A stretch of DNA of 64,000 bases, taken from contig CAVNZM010000004.1 of assembly GCA_963693365.1 (NCBI GenBank), positions 11,808,468 to 11,872,467 of the forward strand, written 5' to 3'. A program made the translations under genes and the position numbers. Below are positions 43,278 to 64,000 of this stretch, piece after piece. The notes under the pieces were generated by a model. That model saw only the letters and a list, made by a program, of their open reading frames with translations, had not been told where the DNA came from and made no database searches. How positions within the stretch are numbered: the first letter of the stretch is position 1; each line of letters begins with the position of its first letter. The DNA is from Amoebidium appalachense (Eukaryota > Protista > Ichthyosporea).

Positions 43278-44901
43278 TCCCCCCAAGTAATACTACTACC
43301 CGCCTCCCCGTTCCTGATGATCAAGAATCCATCATAAATATCGTATGTTATTTTGAATTTGCAAATCATATGATCGATATCATGTCAACTTGTCGAATTA
43401 TCACATTGCATATATAGCTGAACTCACAACCTACACATGTGCACACGTGCTATCAGCAAGGGTTTCTGTTTCCTAGAAAATAATTTTGTACATAATATAA
43501 ACGACCAAAAAAAGTAGGAATTCACGGCCTCTGTCTGTATCAGCATGTCCTCCCTCTCTTCTAGCACTGTAGCAATAAGCTGAAACATATATATGCGCAG
43601 ATCACACGCGTGAGGTTGCTGATTGTCTCCAAAAAAACACTGCGCGTAGGTATAGCCGCTCAGAGACTGCGAGGGTCGGCAAAGGATCAGACCACAATAA
43701 AATTTGGATTTTCTTTTCCTTGGATTGTGGGATGTTTCTTTTCAAATGTTTCTTTTCCTGTATCCTTCTTGTTGTTTTCTCGCTTTCCTTTTATTATGCG
43801 TGTACGTACATGTGTGTGTGCGTGCGTGCGTGCGCGCGCGCGTGTGTGTGAATATATCCGCCATTGCCAAATGCAGAATCATCCTCAATGATTCGCACAC
43901 GTGCAATATTAATCTTTTGTGTGTTTCGTATATGTTTTAGTTGTTCGACGTAATTGGTCACAGTGTCCATTTCGTTTTGGAATTCTAGCAAATGCATATG
44001 CTGTGTCATGTTAACGACCTGAATGCATGTGAACACGTGAAAACCTACACGTGCACATGCTTGTACTGCATGTTGCACTTACAGCAGGTTGTGTGGCCAA
44101 TATAATATGTAGCGGCACCGCACACACACATTTGCAGACTTTCACTGATTAGACAACAATCTAGAGCACTGTACGAAACATGTAGAAGTTTTGCTTCTCA
44201 CAAAACCAGCCCGGCAACGAGAAATCAGGTGAATGGGTACACCATGGGACGAGGTTGAAGGAGCGTCGAAGGGGGGGGGGGGGGGAGAAGGGGGCGGAGG
44301 AAAGGCTTGTGGTATACATATTGTTTGGCGGCATGCCCGGATAACCTGTTTCTAGCACCAAGGCCAGACAACCATTCCACCTATACATGGGTACAATAGA
44401 TATCCGAATATGACATACATGGCTATGTACATATGAAGGAGCATCACTGGAAGTCCACCATGCCCACAACATTACTGTACAAACGTGAAAGGCCATGGTC
44501 CCCTGAGCAAGCATGTACGCCCAAGTCTAAATAACTAACGATGTACACATGCTAACCCGAGAACCGTGCAATATGATTGATATTTTTGCCTCACCAAGCC
44601 CATTCCTACGAGGTTAACAAGCAACGAGAAAATAGTAGACATGCCTTTCGTCAACCAATACTTATCACTTTGTGTCCCTTCATACTGCATGTGACCCAAA
44701 AGCATACCCAGTAAATCCGGCAGCCTACGGTGTTCTTGAGTGTGCAAACGGGTGAACCCCTGTGCGCGCGATATCCATAACACAAAAGATTGCACCATAT
44801 CACACAGCCGCACAGACTACAACCTCTTCACTGTTTGAACCATAAAAAACAGAGTAAAGTCGCCCAATCTTTCTGCTACCGGCCACCCACTAAGTACATT
44901 T

Positions 44902-54977
<10,076 letters not shown>

Positions 54978-55219
54978 CTTGACGAGGATCAACAGACGAT
55001 GAGTCGCTGACCTATCCAAAGACGAATTTAGATCGTGGCTTATCAAAGAAACCGTAGACTGCTAGTGCTGTGCCCGTTCAGCTCAAAAGTTCCTCCGCTT
55101 TCTGAGTAAGAAAAAAACCCCTCAAAAGGGAAATGTTCTCGCCCACGAATCTCCGTTCAAGCGCGTAACAACAAAGAGCTAGTTAGAATTCCACTCTAGA
55201 AAACAATCAACTAAATTCA

Positions 55220-55425
55220 AGTAAGTGATCACGTCACTGTAACAGAGTCTGGACTCAGGAAAGGGGGCAGGAAAGTTTCAACCGAAACTGCAAAGCTGTA
55301 CTTGTGTTGCACGTGACCTCAGCGGTTCAAACGTTTGAAACGGGCGGGATCTTCTGACCAATCGACAGCTTCTAGTTTAACCATATATAGCTAGTCACAG
55401 CCAGCGTTCATTCGACCAATCTGGA
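55220..55425. promoter_or_regulatory. Putative SRPK promoter: E-box and CCAAT boxes
   Basis: CACGTG at 55310-55315 and CCAAT at 55358 and 55416, upstream of the ATG at 54977. Confidence 0.3.
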
Positions 55426-55844
55426 CTCAGCATCAGCAGAGCCCCCGGCGGCTGCGGGCCGCGGGGGGCACCGTGATCACGAGGTCGGACCGTCCGGACC
55501 AAGGCCTCCGTGTGTCTTCCTCGGCATGCACGCATGCACGCGTGTGCATGTGTGAGGGGGTCGTGTGTGCTGTGTGTGTCCGCGCTTGTGTGCAGTATAT
55601 TGCATTCGTTATGTATTGACGCGCGCCCCGTAAACATTTGTAGCCTACTTGAAGGCATGCCGCATGTGTGACTGGGTTTTAATATTTGTGATAGTACTGG
55701 GTGTGATCATGATCGTCGTGTCAAGTGTGTACACGTGTGTGTGTGTACGGTACTTGCCAGCACGGTGTGTGTGTGTGTGTGTGTGTGATGTGTTTGTCTG
55801 CATGTGTGCATACACATGTAGGTGCAAGTTTGTGCATGTACATA

Positions 55845-57465
<1,621 letters not shown>

Positions 57466-58195
57466 TATGCATGTTTGTGCGTGCCCGCGGCCGCGCGCTT
57501 GTGTACGAAGGGTTGGGGGCTAGGAAGGGGGTATATACGCACGATGTTACACAACTTGTCTATGGCTACCTGCAGTCAGACTCTGTGACAGCAATTGCGC
57601 CTAGGTTAATTATTCTTCACTCAGTGAAGCTGAACACTGATGACATATACTCAGACACAGTGACTGGTACACAATGTCATGCGCCAAAAGAGGATAGGTA
57701 ACAGTGGATAAAAAATATTTTTTGGTATTGCCTAGTGATCTTGAGTGTGATCATGATGATAATCGACCGTCAAACCCCTCCCTCCCCCATGTACACATCA
57801 CCGCCACAAAAACCCCCAAAAATAAAAATAAATTATAAACAAAAAAGGTAAATACAACTTACCGGTAATTAGCAATGTACAGTCAAGTAAAAGAAACACA
57901 GCCCGGATCAAGGACTGCCAAAGATATGCTGATTAAAAAATCCACTCTAGATCTGGGTAACAGTAACAACTACACATAAGTTGATGCCACATCTGAATCG
58001 GGTTCCCAGTATGAACTAATTCGTGGAAGACATGGTGAAGTACCCTGGGTCTACACCACACATTGAACTTGGTATTAAAAAGACACACAAAAAATGCCCT
58101 CACGGTCGATATTTTAGGGTGAAACATCTGACAAACCTTATCCAACCACAATATGTTGTGTCTGAAGTGTAATTTTGTGCATGTGGGGTGATCAC

Positions 58196-58251
<56 letters not shown>

Positions 58252-59203
58252 CACGCGTGTGTATGTGTGACCACATGCGCATCCACCTCCCCTACATAAC
58301 CACACACCAAGTTGAACACCTAAAAAAGGAAACATGCAATAAACCGAAGCAACAAAAAAATCAATCCGAGAAAAAGATAAAGAAACGGAGGTCTATCACA
58401 CCGGCGCTAAGTTGTCCTCCCAACAAAACTCGTCGTTGCAGCTCGGCCGGTGACGGCAGTTTTAGTCGTTTCCTGCTCCAAATGCCTGTTTGTTCTGAGA
58501 AAGCCCGTGTGTAAGCTAATTAACGGCCCGTTGAACAGTGACATGAACCTCCCCCCCCCCCCCCCCCCCCCCCCCCCAGCGCAAAATAAAAATAAAAATA
58601 AAAATTATAAATAAACAATAAATAAATAAATAAATAAATAAAAAGAAATCAATATAAAAAATATCCCATCATCACACTCCTCTGGGGCCCCATTCTCTTC
58701 ATCGGTATCCCCCCTTCCCCCTGGCCTCTCGCCTCCTGCTCTTGTGTAGTACCCCCCTCCCCCTCCCCCCCCCCCCCCTCGAATTCTTTCGCCCTTCTTG
58801 CCACCCGGCTCGCAAGTCTACAAAACAACACCGAACACATAAAAAGGACAAAAAGGAGAAAAACGTTCAAAGTAACCGAGTGAAGAACAAAGAGCATTAG
58901 CTCATGCGTCATATACCGTCAACATAAACAATAAGCACAAAGCCATCCGGGAGCAAACTACTGTACAACAAACACTTGCACTCACCCACACACACTCCAT
59001 ACTCGGATCCGCTATCACATCCAATCCCCATACAACATTTCTCACACTACTCAAAAAATTGGACTCCCCCCCCCCCCCCTTTTCCCTCCCGTCTCAAGCC
59101 CCTCCCTGCTTCCTAATCTCCCACTCACTCTTACTTCCGGAACTCGCACACTCCTCCTGTCTTCCAACCAAATGACTGTGCCAGACACAGGTGTAGAGTT
59201 GTC

Positions 59204-61200
59204 CTAAAGACTACAACACACACAAAAATTTGGTCCGATATCAGAAAAGATATCAGCATGACTTACCCTTATCACTGCGTTTTGTACCAGCACGTCGGAT
59301 GGGTGTTTGTTCACCCGGAAGCCATTCATGTCCCCCGAATGATAAACAGTAAGCGATGTGCAGGTTGCAAGTGCACTGACATCTAGATCCGCTAAATGGT
59401 CGCCAAAAAAAATAGACAATGTTGGGTGATTTTTCAGGCCGTCAACACACGCTAGCCCTGGCATTTCACGAATTCTGATAGCCTTAAGGCGAGGGCATCC
59501 ACCAAGGGCGGATAGTGACGAAACATCTGGCATATCCGAGAAAGAAGCTTCCTCCTAGTGTTTGCACAGCCCTAATGGGTCAATGCTTTTTATGTTCTCA
59601 AGCATCCAAAGTCTTGCTTTCACCAGCGGCATAGAAGAGAGTGGCATCAAATCCACAACCGGAAGACTATGAAGAGTGAGGTCGGTGGCGCTAGAACAGT
59701 TGGCGAGCGGTGAAATGTCGCTTATAGGTGATAATTGGAGTGTGATTTCACGAAGTTGGATGTGTGCTAGGGGGGGAAGGTCCGTGATTTGTGTGTCATA
59801 GAGGCGCAGTTCTCTCATCTTGTTACATGTTGCAAGCGGCGAAATGTCTTTTGTTGGTGTTCTGAAAATTTCGAGCGATTCAATTGGACTATTGGTAATT
59901 GCGGATATATCCATCAAATTTGGGCATTCCGCAAAAAACGGCCCTCTTAATGCAGCTCAAAGGCGCCGGATTTCCAAGCGATTTGATTGGAAGGCCCGAA
60001 ATATACACTTCCCTTAAATGGGGATGGTTGGCGAGGGATAGCACTCCGTCCGGTAATGCAACACCAATTAGTGCCAGGGACGTCAAATAAGTGAGGGGGG
60101 CAAGCTGGGGGGCGGGCCAGTCAACACTCTGCAAATGTAGAACCCGGAGCGTGTTTGCCGACTCGACTATAAACGAGTCCGATTCCGTGTGGCCGACATA
60201 GATATCATCTCCGTTGCCGAGGGTTTTCACCGACGCCAATTGGCCAAAGTGTGGCCTTGAAACTCTTCCACCATCACCGCCCCCATCATACAGATTCCTG
60301 CCCGTGACAAGAACACGCAGTGAAGGTAGCGAGGGTAGATTCACACACGTATCTTCCATCGTAAATACCTCGAGCTGCGTGCATGCGGAAAGCTCGCGGG
60401 CGTTCCTGAAACAATCGTAAGCAAATCCTTGCGGAGCCTTCAATTAGTGCAAATTGGGGCAATGTCGTGCGTAATTCAGTGTGCCGGGCCCGTCTCCCGT
60501 GTCCCTATGTTCTTCAGGCCCGTTATCTGTGTCGATGACGATCTTTTCCAGGCCAGGCACGGCCGCGGTTAAGTTTTCCAAGACCCCCTCCACGTGCATG
60601 TCCATCGTGAGGGCGCTTAGGTTCAAATGGATGAAGTCAACATCGTCAAAAATCCTCACGCATGACAAATGAAGCGAAGTGAGATTTTTGCACTGCCTAA
60701 AAACGATTTTGGCGACCTCTGGCGGTACAAAGTGAACCTCCGCGTCGTCTGGATCTGTAATTGTTTTCAACACTGCTCGTGTAAACTTGTAACCGATTTG
60801 TTCTAGGCATCTGTTCAGTATCGCTTTTGCCGACCTCATGTCGTATTCGGTCGTGCCGACCCATAAGTCTGCTTCGGGCCAGTGAACGTGTAGTTCCGTG
60901 AGACGGGGTAGCTGTTGAAGTCTGGTGATAATATCGCACACAGTACCCCAGCCCATGACGGAAACGAGTAGTTCCACCCCTTCGATTGCATCTTTCCATG
61001 CATGCGTAAACGCTAAAAACTCAAGAAGCGGAGTTTCCCCCGGGCATACGCGAACAGGTATCGTTATTCCTAAGGTAAGTTGCTCCGTGCAATTTAACAC
61101 AGGCGGCGGCACGTCCTGCTAACAGCAACCCGGCTACTATTTGGGAGTCCATTGATGATTGCGGCCAGAAGCTCGGGTGCAAGTTTCGATATGGGGCAAT
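59204..61200 (-). pseudogene. F-box plus internalin-like LRR protein pseudogene (single large exon)
   Basis: After the CAG acceptor at 61201: CPISKLAPELLAAIINGLPNSSRVAVSRTCRRLC (F-box). LRRs such as DISPLATCNKMRELRLYDTQITDLPPLA. Lesions: TAA 61094, frameshift ~61075, TAA 60444, frameshift ~59910, TAG 59555. Confidence 0.8.
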
Positions 61201-61224
61201 CTGCAGAATAAATGGGTGGGGTTT

Positions 61225-61262
<38 letters not shown>

Positions 61263-61292
61263 GGTTGGGGGGGGGGGGGGGGGGGGGGGGGG

Positions 61293-61406
61293 ATAAATTA
61301 CAAAGTACAAACTACACACATTCACAACGGACAACACAGGCAGAGTTTGCAGAAACGAGCATACATAAAGAATATGCGTCATCAGCAGAGCCTAACATTC
61401 ACCTCG
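61293..61406 (-). mobile_element. Poly(C)-tailed element, diverged and internally deleted copy H
   Basis: CATACATAAAGAATATGCGTCATCAGCAGAGCC core joined to ATTCACCTCG from the 5' hairpin; abuts a G-run; lies upstream of the F-box exon. Confidence 0.65.
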
Positions 61407-61593
61407 AATACAAAATATTTCTCCAAATAGAGGGGGAGGGGGGAGGGGAGGGGGGGATACATCTTTGTAAAGCAACAACATGTTTCCGGAACTTTGGCCC
61501 AACGAGGTTAAAAGAACAAGAGCGACAGACTGGTGTGTCACATTAGAGCAAATATACTAGCTGCAACAATCCCTCAACATTCAACAGATATAT

Positions 61594-61634
<41 letters not shown>

Positions 61635-61896
61635 CAAAAAAAAAAAAAAAAAAAAAAAAAGGGCACACACATCCATTCTGGGACCAGTTAGCCGACAGCA
61701 GAATTATATGGAATGAGAAACAGAGAGAAAGTGAGCAGAAAAGACAACACGTACCAGCAACCTCAAAGCACCAAAGGCCTACCCCCCCCCCCCCCCCCCC
61801 CCCCTCCCCCCCTCCCCCTCATTCCCCCCGAGCCCCGGTTCCCCCTCTCCTTCTCCCTCCTCTCCCCCTCCCCTCCCCCGGGAAACACACACACAT

Positions 61897-61939
<43 letters not shown>

Positions 61940-62346
61940 AAAAAGTACCGTTCCCCTGATTCTTAGTTCTGGCAAGAACGACAAGCATCCAAACCAACCC
62001 TCCCCCCCCCTCCCCCCCCCCCTCCCCCCCCCCCTTCCCCCGGAACAAAGCCACAGTAACCAAGAACAGAACCACAAGAGGTAAAATGAAGGAAAATTCT
62101 AATGAAAGGAAAGTCAACATGGAACAGAGTAACCCCAAAGAAACCAAGGCATCCCGCCTCCCCCCCCCCCCCCCCCCCTCCCCGCGCCCCGCCCTGGGGA
62201 AAATAAGAAGACAAGAAGAAAACCCCCTCACCCACCCTTTCCTGGCTCTAGCCACAAGACTAGACACCTAAGTCCATCTCCAAAAGGCTAAATGAGAAAA
62301 TAAAAAAGGTGTATTTACCCCCTTCCTCCTTCCCCAGCCTTCAAGA

Positions 62347-62378
<32 letters not shown>

Positions 62379-62474
62379 AAAAAACGACTGGAGGAGGAAG
62401 AGGAGGAGGAGGAGGGGGGGGGGGGGGGGGGGGGGGGGGAAGCATGGCCTGACACCATATAACCAAATGCTTAC

Positions 62475-62936
62475 CCACTTCGGTACCCCCAATCCATAAA
62501 CAAGCTTACGTCAAAATTTAGCCATCCCTACCCATTATGGTCCTTCCCACCTTAACCTGAAACCCTTCTGGTGCCAACTTCTCCACAAGTTGTACAAGAG
62601 CACTATCAACTTGGCTAGACTTTCGCTCTATTAAAGCACTCCCGAAACATCACAAAGAAGGCATTGCCGTTCTTGCTGTGTTAAAGGAAGCTGAATTGAT
62701 GTAGTGTTGGTTGCTTCCATTCGCCACATGCGACAGCACAAGCAACTCTGTACGGCAACGGACGAATAAAATATCACACACGGGCACGCCTGAACACAAG
62801 AAGCGCTCACACACTCGCGCGAATGAGGAGAGAGGTGGGGGCCAGGAGGCACGTAGAGAAAGTCGCGAGAGTCGAGAGAGTCGAGAGAGAGGAGGGGGAA
62901 GGGGGAGGGAGGGAGAGGGGCAGAGAGAGAGAGGGG

Positions 62937-62979
<43 letters not shown>

Positions 62980-63376
62980 AGGGAGGGGGGGAGGGAGGGA
63001 GGGAGGGAGGGAGGGAGAGAGAGAGAGAGAGAGAAGCGGGCGGGTGGATGGGGCAAGGAAGGGAGATGGCGGAAACAGAAGCATGCATGCACCTCAAACA
63101 TCCGCCACAGACACTCTCCAAGAAAACGCAAGTCCAAGACTGCAGTCCAAACTCACCTATGCCTGGGTCACCGGGCTGTATAAGTACCATCCTTGCCACC
63201 TCATTCATCTTGTCGGCTTGTTCAACGTCACCTAACTCACTAGTATTTTGTGACTTCGAAATCAGCACGGGTTACATTTGTATGCGTCAGAGGAGAAAAC
63301 CCTACCCCCTCGTGAATCACTACAAAGTTTCTGGACGGTAAGCAAGCGAGTCCTGATGCAACTTCATCCACGCCTG
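62475..63376 (-). other. Possible degraded exons of an unidentified gene
   Basis: Phase-compatible GT-AG boundaries (donor ~63156, acceptor ~62748, donor ~62474) join ...QPGDPGI/ELLVLSHVANG..., but in-frame TGA/TAA stops are present and no domain is recognisable. Confidence 0.3.
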
Positions 63377-64000
63377 GGGATACACGTTCACGGCATAACA
63401 CTATTTACAACTAAGGAGAAAGGAATAGTAGACCGCTTACGCGTGCACATTCAGTTACTGCCAAAACAGGAAGCTTTACTTCGTGCGCCGGGTGTGGTTT
63501 GAAAAAAAAAAAAATTTAGCGAAAAAAAAAACAAAACATGGAAATGCAGACGGACGGTCCATGCACAAGAAACCAAGTTCATTTCTCCAATAGATACCAC
63601 AATAGTAAAGCCATATATGGTAACTGAAGGATAATCTCGGCACCGTGACTTGAAGTCCTGGATCAAGATGAAGCCAAGCCCCGGTGACTTCGCCGCCGGC
63701 CGGGCACTTGGGCCACCGTCTCACTGGCGTCACACACGAACTTTCAGAAAGAACCACAACGTCCAGGGAGAGCCCAGGTCTTGTCATTCGCGTAGACCAG
63801 ACATACTCTTTCTGAAGACAAAGACAGGGGAGCTAGAGTAGAAACGGGCCCGAGTTTGCCGTACGATGGACACCATGAGTCAAGAAGCAGAGGTCACGAC
63901 ACAGCTGAGTATGTGAGATTACCGCACTCTCCCTCTTCCTTCGCCCCTTCCCCTTGCTGTCCCCCTTTTCTCTCATTTGCTTCATTGCACCACTAATGAG

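Noticed and set aside
42880-43436. Possible MITE with imperfect TIRs (GTGTAG...TGAGTT.CAG)
   Set aside because: The TIR match needs several gaps and no clear TSD is visible; insufficient support.
59204-61112. Stop-codon reassignment or readthrough joining the LRR ORFs
   Set aside because: Frameshifts are also needed, and intact genes here end normally in TAG or TGA with no internal stops; a pseudogene is simpler.

Overview
Intron-rich eukaryotic DNA; the gene content and a Mint/syntenin-type PDZ domain suggest a holozoan-like protist (inference). Genes: the 5' portion (about 40 exons) of midasin/MDN1 (minus, runs off the left edge), a 7-exon bacterial-type SDR with a mitochondrial-like presequence (plus), a PDZ protein with an intronless CDS (minus), an SRPK kinase (minus) and an F-box/LRR pseudogene (minus). 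Introns are packed with poly(C)/poly(G), (CA)n and (CT)n tracts, so most of the supplied ORFs are repeat artefacts. The main discovery is a family of at least 9 short (up to ~190 bp) SINE/retrozyme-like elements. All are intronic, in sense to their host genes, variably 5'-truncated, and end in a poly(C) tract. The three full-length copies contain all hammerhead ribozyme core elements (GUU triplet, GAAA, CUGANGA) with covarying stems, but in a non-circularly permuted strand order. The window also holds pogo/Tc1-type DNA transposon derivatives, a 25-bp minisatellite, a fold-back palindromic array and a composite tandem triplication. All calls are by eye; homopolymer lengths may be inaccurate.
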